A DNA stretch of 64,000 bases, from assembly GCA_043228905.1 (NCBI GenBank), contig JBHGNT010000016.1, positions 15,128,001 through 15,192,000 on the forward strand. Direction: 5' to 3'. The translations under genes and the position numbers were made by a program. Position 1 is the first letter of the stretch. Each line of letters starts with the position of its first letter. This DNA is from Azolla caroliniana. Its lineage: Eukaryota > Plantae > Polypodiophyta. Positions 52,323-62,351 of this stretch are shown here, piece by piece. The notes under the pieces were generated by a model, which worked only from the letters and a program-made list of their open reading frames with translations, was not told the origin of the DNA and did not search any database.

Positions 52323-53034
52323 TGTCGAGGTATTCCTCGCGGATGCGTGGAATGAGGCGGGACCTCGGGGGTCCTGTACCGAAGAGTAAGAGAGAAAGAG
52401 AAGAGACCCACTACGTGCGAGCGTAGATTCACAGGGACACGGCCCTTCGACGCAGAGACGTGAGTGGGACAGCGACACAGAAAGACACGAAAATATGTAT
52501 GTATTGACAAGACAAACAACAAGAACACGAAGACAACAAACACGAAGCGGGTTACAACCGAATAGGCCGGCGAACAGATGCCGATACCTGTTCGTAAACG
52601 CACAGAAAGACAGGAACAAGTTGGAGGTGCTGCCGGAAGCACTCGGGCATTCCTCAGAGCAGCGCGAGTCTCCCGAAACCTGCACAGAAGGAAGCTATGG
52701 AGTCTGCGAACCAGAGAGAGAGAGAGAGCGAGAAGCCTTCGCGCCCAATCCGACAGCACTTCGTCCTCGACTCTCTGCGATCCCCTTACTCTCCTCGTCT
52801 CCCTCCTTTTATAGGCAAGGAAGGAGCCGTTTCCCCTTTACTCCCTACCTACCGAATCTACCCAGGATCTCTTATGTACAACTTAAGGCGCACGTGCATG
52901 AAGAGTCGGTTTCTACGCTTCGGTACACCGATTCCGCTTGTGGACGGTTTTCTTCACGACATCCGCCCCCATTTAACCGCGCATCCACCGGCATGCGCCA
53001 AATTGTGTTGGGACGGAGAAAACCGGTCCAGCCT

Positions 53035-56000
53035 TCATTCCCCGCCCGTCGGTTCTTCCTCGGTTTCGGATCGCTCGTCGTCGCGGTCCAAGTCAACCTG
53101 ATCCGGCTCGTCGTCGTGACGCTTCTTAAACGTCTTGATACGCTTCCCAGCTACCGGTATCATCATTCTCGTACCGTCGAGTTCCGCTAGATGGTACGTC
53201 CCGTTGTCGTTGGCGCTTTGTACCACGTAAGGCCCGAACCACCTTCTTGCGAACTTCCGTGTCGCTCGGTGCTGGTTGTCGAGGCCGCTGTCGTAGACTA
53301 GCACCCAGTCGCCTTCCTCGATCTTCTTCGGTCGGAGCCGGTGTGTTCGGTCGAACCGGGCTTTGTTCCTCATCCTTGCTTCCCGAAGCTTTTCCGCAGC
53401 CTGCTCCACGTCCTCCGGTCTCCGCTCGAGCTGTCGTATGCGCGCCGTCAGCTGTTCCTCCCGGCTCATCTCGTCTCTCCAGTCCACGGTTGCCCATGAG
53501 GAGACCGTACGTTCGATCGGCATGATCGGCTTCTGCCCAAACATGAGCTCTGCCGGCATGAATCCGGTTACCGAACTGTGCGTAGTCCGGTCAGCCCACA
53601 ACACGTAAGGCAGTAGCCGTGGCCAGTTCCCGACCCGACCTCCGCATGCCCGAACTAACGCCTTGACGATCGGTCCGTGTCCGCGCTCCACCTTTCCATT
53701 CGCCTCCGGATTGTACGCAGTGGTAAGCGAGAGCTTGACTCCTAGCCGGTTGAATAGCTCCTCAGCCTCTTCGGCGTCCAACTCCCCGCGATCGGCCACG
53801 ATCTTCCCGACGCACCCGTACCGGCATATTACGTCCTCGAGCAGGAACCGACATACGGCCGCAATCGTTTTGTTTTGAAGGGCCCGGCCTTCCACCTGGT
53901 TCGTTAGATCTTCCCGAGCCAGGACCAGATACCGCATCTGTCCTACTCCTATCGGCATCGTTACCAGGTCTACCATCCATTTGAAGTGGATGGTCGGAGG
54001 GTATGTAGGGTGAAGTTCGTCCCGGTGTCGAACTATGGAGTGCATCTGATAGCTCCCGCAAGTTGTCACGAATTGATGCACGTCCCGGTACAGTCCCGGC
54101 CACCAGTACTTCCCCTTTATCTTCTCGAACGTGGCCCAGGTTCCACGGTGTCCGGCCCAAGGGCTGTCGTGGTAGGCCGTCAGCAGCTCCTCCTGTTCTT
54201 CCTTCATCGCCACCACCCGGAGCGGAGCGCCGTCCCTCTTCTTCGGGTGCTTCCATAAGTATCCGTCCCGGAGAAAGAATCGGTAAGCTTTCTTCCGGAT
54301 CCGGGTGGCCTCGTCCTTCGTCCATGACGCATCCGGCGTCATTGTCCTCAAGAATCCACCGATCTGGAGCCACTCGCCGTCGTACTTGCTCTCGTCGAAG
54401 TTGTTAAGTGCCGGAGTGCTCGTCCCATCGGTCGTCACGTACGCCGCCTCGAAGAAGTCCACGCCGACTTCTTCGTCCTCCGAAACCATGCCGCCCTCGT
54501 CATCAAACCTCGCCCTCGAAAGCATGTCGGCCATGGCGTTGTCCTTTCCGGAAATGTGTCGTATCTCCGGGTCCAGGGACTTGATGTACGCTATCCACCT
54601 GAGCATCGCCAGGTCCGGTGTCGCGCATCCGGAAACCATGCCAAGAATCGGCAGGCAATCCGTCTCGATAATCACTCCTGTCCCGATCAGGTAGTCTTTG
54701 TCCGCCTTTACCGCCGAAACGATACCCTAGAGTTCGCGTTTAACCTGGGCGTACCCTCGCTGTCGCTCACTGAGGACCTTAGCGCCGAATCGGATCGGGA
54801 ACCGGGTGCCGTCCTCGTCTTCTTGGTTGACGACCCATCCGATCCCGGTCGGGCTCGTATCCACCGTTATGTATACCGGGGTACCTTTCTCGTAGACAGC
54901 CTTCCGGAGCGCCGGTGCTGCCGTAAGGGCTTCCTTCAGCTTCTGGACCGACCCTGTGTGCTCGTCTCGCCACTCGAACTTTCGCCCTTTCTTCAGCAAC
55001 CCGTATAGCGGCTCCGCAACGTGGGTGTAATGCGGGATCCATATGTGGTAGAACGCGCATGCCCCCAGGAACCTCCGAACTTCCGTAACTGAGCTACAGT
55101 CGGTCTTCATCGCGGAGATGGCTTCTACCTTTGCCGGAGACGGCTTCCGACCATAAGGTCCACATAGGTGTCCGACCACCAGGATTTCCGATTGCCCGAA
55201 GGCCGATTTCTCCCCGGAGAAGGTGAGCCTCGCATCCTCCAGCCTCTGTAGCACCTTCTCGCAGTCGTCGATGTGTGTCGCTACGAATCGCTGGCATCCG
55301 TCCGGCCCGACTGTCTCGTCCTTCTCCTCCACCAGGCACCCTTTGATAGGGATGTCGTCTAGAAACAACATGGTGATGTCCGGGATGCAATCCCTCAGTA
55401 CCTTGTTCATTGCATTCACCATGTGGGCCACCGAGTTGGTCCCTCCCTGTGGCAGGGTACACATTCGCACTAGGCCGAGGGGAGTTCGCATCGTCATAAT
55501 GTCTCTGCTCTCCACAGCTAGCTGGAACTGGTCGTACCCTGAGTACAGATCACCGACCGAGTAAATCGACCTTCCGGCAAAGGCCTCCGCGAACTCGTCT
55601 ATGGTCGGTCCGATCCCTGCGTTTCGAATGGTCACTCTGTTGACCGGCTGCAGGTCTTGAATGAAGCGCAACGTTCCGTTTTTCTTCGGTACGGTAAACC
55701 ATCGGTTCGAGTATGGGGCACTCGACGGTTCGAGAATGCCCATATCTACTTTCTGCCTCAATAGCTCCATCAACTTCGGGATGTGAGCTCTCGGTACCGG
55801 AATCGGCTTGAGATTCCACGGCACATGCGGTACCGTGAATATCACCATCGGCTCCACGATCGTCGGGTCTACGCACCCGATCTCTTCCGGTGAGAATGCG
55901 AAGGCTTTCCCGTGCCTTCCGAGCATCCTCCGAAACCGGTTTTCCTCCGCCGGCAGTAGGAACCCGCCCCCACCGATTTTGAGCTCCCGGAGCGTCCCGT

Positions 56001-56501
56001 CGGTGAAGGTGTGTCCTATGCCGGCCGGATCTCGTAAACTGGGGTCCGACGCAACCCCTCTGATCCGGGACTCGCTGCCCTCCGGTAAGGGTGCCGCAAC
56101 TGGCCTTACCTTCCGGTCCACAGTCTTGTACTTTGTGCTAACTCGGGCTGTCCGATCTGACCCGAGCCCCCGACTGAAGTTCGCGATGACTTCGTACATC
56201 TCTTCGGAACATACCGGTATCGTCCGGTCTTCGTTAAGGTCTTCTCTGGCAACCTTCCTCAGCATCCCTAAGGTGTCGTCGAAGGAGACCGCCTCCACGG
56301 CTCCGTTGATTTCCTCGTCTGGGCCGAGAACTCCGCACGCTCGAAGTCGCTCTTCCGCCCTTGTCTTTTCTCGGCCAATGATGCCGACCATCATACACCC
56401 TCCGTTGTCGGAGAAGCAAACCCTCCTGCCTATCGTACAATCGTGGGGTCTTTCCCGAGTGTCCGGACTGTCTCGGCCCCACGCCTTGGCAGCCCTCTCT
56501 A
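53035..56501 (-). pseudogene. pol: pol (RT-RNase H-integrase) in the -1 frame, with one premature TAG at 54727-54729
   Basis: LRFIQDLQPVN, DLYSGYDQ, LPQG, FLDD, VDTSPTGIG, GHRG, DLVTMP, ADRGE, YNPEANGKVER and GPY; ORFs 54727-56394 and 53035-54675 are in frame across the stop. Confidence 0.92.
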
Positions 56502-58652
56502 AAAATCCTCCCGGTTCTCGCCACCGAGGGACTCGCGGTTTCTCTCGTGGTTCGGCCGCATCGTCAAAAATTGCACTGAATGGCGCCCGTCCTGGCTTTT
56601 GACCCTCGCGTAGGCCGAACCGTTGTCCAGCACCTTGGTCTCCATTCTCGCCGCCGTGATGTATGGTTCCCCTAATATGACCGGATGCGAGGACGTCTCC
56701 TGTACGAAGAAGTGTTGGTCAATCTCGACGTCGCCGATCTTTACTCGCACATTCGGGCAGGCCCCGTGCAGTTCCTCGATGGCGCGCGTCGCCGCCCGTA
56801 TCTTCCACCCGTGCCTGGTGTTGATCGGCCACTTTCCCTTCTTATAGAAGTCCATGGACATTAGGTTTATTTCCGAACCGTGGTCCACCAACGCCACCAC
56901 CGGTTCCTGAACACCTCCGATTTTTACCGGGGTCTCCGTGGTCGCTCGGGCCCAGTGTGGCCTCGAATAGTGGCTCTCCGCCCACTCATCTTCCAGCGCC
57001 GAGTCGTCGATGTGCGTCGTCCGCACCTCCACCGGTTTTTCCGGTTCCGTCTCCATCGACAGTCTCTTCCGTTTCACCAAGACTACAATGGAGTCGTGGA
57101 ACTCCTTCTTGGCGATCCCTAGCACCTCCCGTAATGACAGCTCCACTTTGCTGTCGAGGATCCGTTCTTCTAGGACCTTTCGTAGATCCGTAGCCCTTTC
57201 TATTTCTGTCCCCAGTCGGTACCCGCCCTTCCTGGGGTTATCTTGCGGGCCGGACCCGCCGGCATCGTTCCGTCGTTGCCTGAATCGGGTCTCGTACCGT
57301 TGTGAGGGCCCGGCCGCTCCAGCTTTCCCCACTCGCTTGTCTTCTACCAGAGCCTCGTAGTTTCGGCAAGCGGCTTCTACGAAGCCCGTCTTCTCCTCGA
57401 CCGGATCGCTCCACCCGGTTATTTCCCGAACCCGTCTCTCAGCGCGGTCCGTTTCATCTTTCCTCATCCGCGCGCCGGCGAGGCCTTCCAGCATTGCCGA
57501 CCAGAAACCGTCTTTACTCTCCTTTCGGGCCTCGCTGCCCCCGACCTGAATACCGGCTGACGCCGAGTAGTGGATGGCCTCCACGTGTCGGGCCGCTGCC
57601 TCTTCCATCAGTCTCTTCATACCTCCTCGCCCGTCGTTTCGGCTCAGGGCCCTCCTGGTGTCGCCAGCGTGCACCCGGCCTTCCCACAGGTACACCACCC
57701 GGTTTCTCAACGCCTCTGCGAAATCGCCGCAGTCCTTCCGAATGTGGCCGACCTCGTCACACCACATGCACCTGTTCCCCGCTGCCGGCCGTCGGTCACG
57801 AGCCGGTTCGCCGCCTTCCCTTCGAGTCTGGGCGATCTGGAGATCCTTTATCGCCCGCGTCAACTCCTCTAGCGCTGCTCCTCCGGACGAGCCATTGACC
57901 ATGCTGGTCGAAGCCGAACCGGTTTCGAGCCATTCTCGGGTTCCTTCCCTTCGCACTTGCGGCGCCGGTTCAAGCCTCCTTGCTGTAACAGAGCCCGCAC
58001 TGGCCGCCCCGTTGTCAGCCCATTCTCGCCGTTTGTCGAAACGGCCACAGACTCTCTTAACCGCAGCCCAGTCGGTCGTCAACCCGTCTTCAGTTTCCAG
58101 CAAGGAGCCGACTTGATCCCGGTCCCTCTCGTCCACCGACTTGACGAACAGTAGGACCCGGCTCGTATCCAGGATAGTTCGGTCAAGCGCCGAAAGGCGC
58201 GCAAAGCGTTCTTCGAACTCCCGGAGGAGTGCCAACGCGTTTCTTCCTTTGCCGGGGGACTCCACCCATTCCATGAAGTCCCGTTTCGAAAGCCGGAGCG
58301 CGTCGTCCAGCCCATATTTCTCTAGGAGTCGGCCTTCGAACTCCTCCCAGGTACGGCTCTCCGCCCGTACCTCGAGCACCTCCGCATGGATGCTCGGCAT
58401 CGCCACTCGAGGGAACCCGGCAAGACGCCTCTCTTCCGGAATGTCCCGCATCAGCATTTCCGCCCCGTAGGACGCCAAATACCTCGTAGCATCCTTTCCG
58501 CTGAAACGGCCGATCGTACCGACGACCGCCTCAATGGCTCTGTCGAGGGCACTGATGCCCTCGCGTGTGCTCAGTATCCGATCCACGGCCGAAGCCATGG
58601 CCTCTACAAGATCCGACCCCTTCATCTTCTGCTCTTCTGCCGCCTCTTTCAC
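56499..58652 (-). CDS. gag: Gag-protease ORF (717 aa from GTG; first ATG ~58625)
   Basis: CMWCDEVGHIRKDC knuckle; protease ALVDHGSEINLM...VILGEPY. Confidence 0.9.
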   Translation of the reverse strand: MKEAAEEQKMKGSDLVEAMASAVDRILSTREGISALDRAIEAVVGTIGRFSGKDATRYLASYGAEMLMRDIPEERRLAGFPRVAMPSIHAEVLEVRAESRTWEEFEGRLLEKYGLDDALRLSKRDFMEWVESPGKGRNALALLREFEERFARLSALDRTILDTSRVLLFVKSVDERDRDQVGSLLETEDGLTTDWAAVKRVCGRFDKRREWADNGAASAGSVTARRLEPAPQVRREGTREWLETGSASTSMVNGSSGGAALEELTRAIKDLQIAQTRREGGEPARDRRPAAGNRCMWCDEVGHIRKDCGDFAEALRNRVVYLWEGRVHAGDTRRALSRNDGRGGMKRLMEEAAARHVEAIHYSASAGIQVGGSEARKESKDGFWSAMLEGLAGARMRKDETDRAERRVREITGWSDPVEEKTGFVEAACRNYEALVEDKRVGKAGAAGPSQRYETRFRQRRNDAGGSGPQDNPRKGGYRLGTEIERATDLRKVLEERILDSKVELSLREVLGIAKKEFHDSIVVLVKRKRLSMETEPEKPVEVRTTHIDDSALEDEWAESHYSRPHWARATTETPVKIGGVQEPVVALVDHGSEINLMSMDFYKKGKWPINTRHGWKIRAATRAIEELHGACPNVRVKIGDVEIDQHFFVQETSSHPVILGEPYITAARMETKVLDNGSAYARVKSQDGRHSVQFLTMRPNHERNRESLGGENREDF

Positions 58653-58665
58653 GTCGGGTTCACCA
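58648..58665 (-). promoter_or_regulatory. PBS complementary to the tRNA-Trp 3' end
   Basis: The plus strand TTCACGTCGGGTTCACCA matches the plant tRNA-Trp 3' end plus CCA (recalled sequence). Confidence 0.85.
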
Positions 58666-59255
58666 AATATGTCGAGGTATTCCTCGCGGATGCGTGGAAT
58701 GAGGCGGGACCTCGGGGGTCCTGTACCGAAGAGTAAGAGAGAAAGAGAAGAGACCCACTACGTGCGAGCGTAGATTCACAGGGACACGGCCCTTCGACGT
58801 AGAGACGCGAGTGGGACAGCGACACAGAAAGACACGAAAATATGTATGTATTGACAAGACAAACAACAAGAACACGAAGACAACAAACACGAAGCGGGTT
58901 ACAGGGTGAAAGCATGCGAGTGGAAACAATTAGCTATGTCCTTGACATAGCTAATTAGCTATGCAAAAAGCTACCATTGATAAATAGTCATTTTAGTAAA
59001 AAGCCATCATTAATAAATTAAGTATGCAAAAAACTACCATTGAAAATACTAGAGTGTTTTAATTACATATGTAAATGAGTGCCATAAATGTGCAACATAA
59101 ATTGATGTGTGCACCATAAATGTGTACCATAAATTATATATCGAATTCCTAGGTCCATTATGCATGATCCTTTGCCACATCACGTAGGCCATCTCTAGTT
59201 GAGTACTGTGGGTTAGTTGCTACCACTGTTGCTAAACCCTATCGAGTCCACCTGC

Positions 59256-60110
59256 CGCCACTCTACACTGAGGGGCTGCTACTGTGCGTTCCAAGCATCA
59301 TCAAAGAGCTGCTCAATCTGACGGGGTTCTCTTCTCTGTGACACTCTACACTCAGGGGCCACTATTGTGCATTCCAAGCATCATCAAAGAGCTGTTCAAT
59401 CTGACGGGGTTCTCTTCTCTTTGCCACTCTACACTCAGGGGCCATTACTGTGCGTTCCAAGCATCATCAAAGAGCTGTTCAATCTGAGGGGGTTCTCTTC
59501 TCTGTGCCACTCTACACTCAGGGGCCATTACTGTGCGTTCCAAGCATCATCAAAGAGCTGTTCAATCTGAGGGGGTTCTCTTCTCTGTGCCACTCTACAC
59601 TCAGGGGCCGCTGCTGTGCGTTCCAAGCATCATCAAAGAGCTGTTCAATCTGACGGGGTTCTCTTCTCTTTGCCACTCTACACTCAGGGGTTGCTACTGT
59701 GCGTTCCAAGCATAATCAAAGAGCTATTCAATTTGACGGGGTTCTCTTCTCTTTTCCACTCTCACTCAGGGGCCGCTACTGTGCATTTCAAGCATCATTG
59801 GTAACTGTTCAATCTGACGGGGTTCTCTTCTCTTTTCCACTCTCACTCAGGGGCCGCTACTGTGCGTTTCAAGCATCATTGGTAACTGTTCAATCTGACG
59901 GGGTTCTCTTCTCTATGCCACTCTATTCTCAAGTGCCTTCTATGTGCGTTTCAAGCATCATCGGTAACTGTTCAATCTGACGGGGTTCTCTCCTCCATTG
60001 CCATCATTCTATACTCAGTTGCCACTACTGTCCAGTCCCGGATTGCTTCCACATTTCGATTTGACGGAGTTCACTCATCCAACGGCAACATTCTACACTC
60101 AGTTGTTGCC
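59256..60110. repeat. 83-bp tandem repeat (~10 copies, distal copies ~80 bp and decaying)
   Basis: The period shows in ORF starts 59284, 59367, 59450, 59533, 59616 and 59699. Confidence 0.95.
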
Positions 60111-60326
60111 ATTGGTCGGTCTTGGATCGCCTCCTCAACTGTTGGATCCAACAGAGTGAAATCCTCTACTGTTCGGTCTTGGATTGCAATAACTTTTCTG
60201 TCTATTGATTATCTTGTGTATTGTTGTGTCTAATCTTGTGTATTGTGTGGAATATTTTTGTGTATTGTTGTTGCCCATAGCCATCTTTAATACTTGTTTT
60301 TTTTTCTGGAAATTTAGGGTTTTAAC

Positions 60327-61076
60327 ATGTCTAGCCAAATGGAAGGGGAAGAAGGGTGTTTAGAATTACCCCTCAATGATCATAAGGATAGGGATGATGT
60401 TATCAGGACACAACAAGCCATACGAAACTATTGGGCAGAAAAAAAAAAGAAACATCGTCAATTGTTGAAGGATACGAAAGCCACACTCAGTAAAGGTAAG
60501 GATAGTTTAGCTGAGAATGTAAGTAATGCGACTACCATCATAGAGAGAAAGGTTGTAGACTATTTCAATGTTCAAACCAAGCACATCAGCAATGAAGAAA
60601 AGAAGGTAGTACTTTATGGAATATGTAATGATCCATCGATAAAGGACTTAGTTGATTGTGATGGTCTTAATGCAAACATATCATCTATTTTAGTAAATAA
60701 TCTTCGTAATAGTTTCGTATCCATGAGCAGGTCAGAAGATGATCTTGTCTTAAAAAGGTCTAGTCTAATGATGTTACTTAATAGTGATGTTGACGATATA
60801 AACATCAGTGAGCTATCTAAGGTAATTGGTGTTAGTAGAAAAACAGTGTACAATACAATGAACCGTATAATTTCCTCGGGTGAAGGAACTAGTCTACTAA
60901 AGCTAACTACAAGATGTAAGCCAATGACACCCATAACATTTGAAATCAAGGATGTAATCACAATGTTTTGGACTAATGAGAGTAGGGTTTCACCCAATAA
61001 AAAGGATTTATGCAGGAAACGTGTTGGAAGAAATCAATACGAGGAGCATCCCATTCATCTTCTTGATGTACCTCAG
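60327..61076 (+). CDS. Sola-like transposase exon 1 (250 codons, includes HTH-like ISELSKVIGVSRKTVYN)
   Basis: ATG at 60327; donor CAG|GTATTT at 61076/61077, phase 0. Confidence 0.8.
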
Positions 61077-61109
61077 GTATTTACATTTATCTCAACATGG
61101 TAATTAGCT

Positions 61110-62335
61110 GTACTGCTAGCTAGTTAGCTATCATGGTAGCTAGTTAGCTATTTCGTTATTACCAGCTAATTAGCTACTAGGAAAGCTAATTAGCTACCAT
61201 GATAGCTAATTAGCTACTATGATAGCTACTACATAGGTAACTGGCTACTCTCAATAGCTACTACCATGATAGCTAATTAGTTAGGATAGCTAATTAGTCA
61301 CCATTATAGCTAATTAGCTACTAGACCAGCTAATTAGCTACCGTGATAGCTAATTAGTTACTAGGACAGCTAATTAGCCACCGTGATAGCTAATTAGCTA
61401 CCATGATAGCTAATTAGCTACTATACCAGCTAATTAGCTACCATGATAGCTAATTAGCTACTATACCAGCTAATTAGCTACCATGATAGCTATTTAGTTA
61501 CTAGGAAAGCTAATCAGCCACCATTATAGCTAATTAGCTACTAGACCAGCTAATTAGCTACCACGATAGCTAATTAGCTACTAGACCAGCTAATTAGCTA
61601 CCATGATAGCTAATAAGTTACTAGGAAAGCTAATTAGCCACCATGATAGCTAATTAGCTAGTAGACAAGCTAATTAGCCACCATGATAGCTAATTAGCTA
61701 CTAGGACAACTAATTAGCTACTAGGACAGCTAATTAGCTACCATGATAGCTAATTAGCTACTACGACAGCTAATTAGCTACCATGATAGCTAATTAGCTA
61801 CTAGAATAGCTAATTAGCTACTAGAATAGCTAATTAGCTACCATGATAGCTAATTAGCTACTACGACAGCTAATTAGCTACCATGATAGCTAATTAGCTA
61901 CTACGACAGCTAATTAGCTACCATGATAGCTAATTAGTTACTAGAATAGCTAATTAGCTACTAGAATAGCTAATTAGCTACCACGACAGCTAATTAGCTA
62001 CTACGACAGCTAATTAGCTACCATGATAGCTAATTAGCTACTAGGACAACCAATTAGCTACTAGGACAGCTAATTAGCTACCATGATAGCTAATTAGCTA
62101 CTACGACAGCTAATTGGCTACTAGAATAGCTAATTAGCTACCATGATAGCTAATTAGCTACTACGACAGCTAATTAACTACCATGATAGCTAATTAGCTA
62201 CTAGGACAACTAATTAGCTACCATGATAGCTAATTAGCTACTAGAATAGCTAACTAGCTACTAGAATAGCTAACTAGCTACTAGAATAGCTAATTAGCTA
62301 CTAGGATAGTTAGCTAGTTACGAGAATAACTAATT
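61110..62335. repeat. Intronic satellite: 20-bp unit with palindromic core TAGCTAATTAGCTA, about 57 regular copies
   Basis: Read directly; fills the GT-AG intron 61077-62351. Confidence 0.97.
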
Positions 62336-62351
62336 CCCCTTTATTACGCAG

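Larger units (their letters stand above)
52323..58903 (-). mobile_element. Ty3/Gypsy element primed by tRNA-Trp; 5' LTR interrupted by a DNA transposon
   Basis: 3' LTR 52323-52961; PPT GGGGGCGGA at ~52962-52970; 5' LTR remnant 58670-58903; PBS 58648-58665. Confidence 0.93.

Noticed and set aside
53247-58773. Many long plus-strand ORFs opposite gag/pol
   Set aside because: Antisense shadows of GC-rich coding sequence, with no recognisable domains.
59284-59980. Series of similar 60-90 aa ORFs
   Set aside because: Artefacts of the 83-bp tandem repeat.
61110-62335. CRISPR-like array (palindromic repeat with variable spacers)
   Set aside because: Linkers are only 6 nt and recur, there are no cas genes, and the context is a eukaryotic intron.
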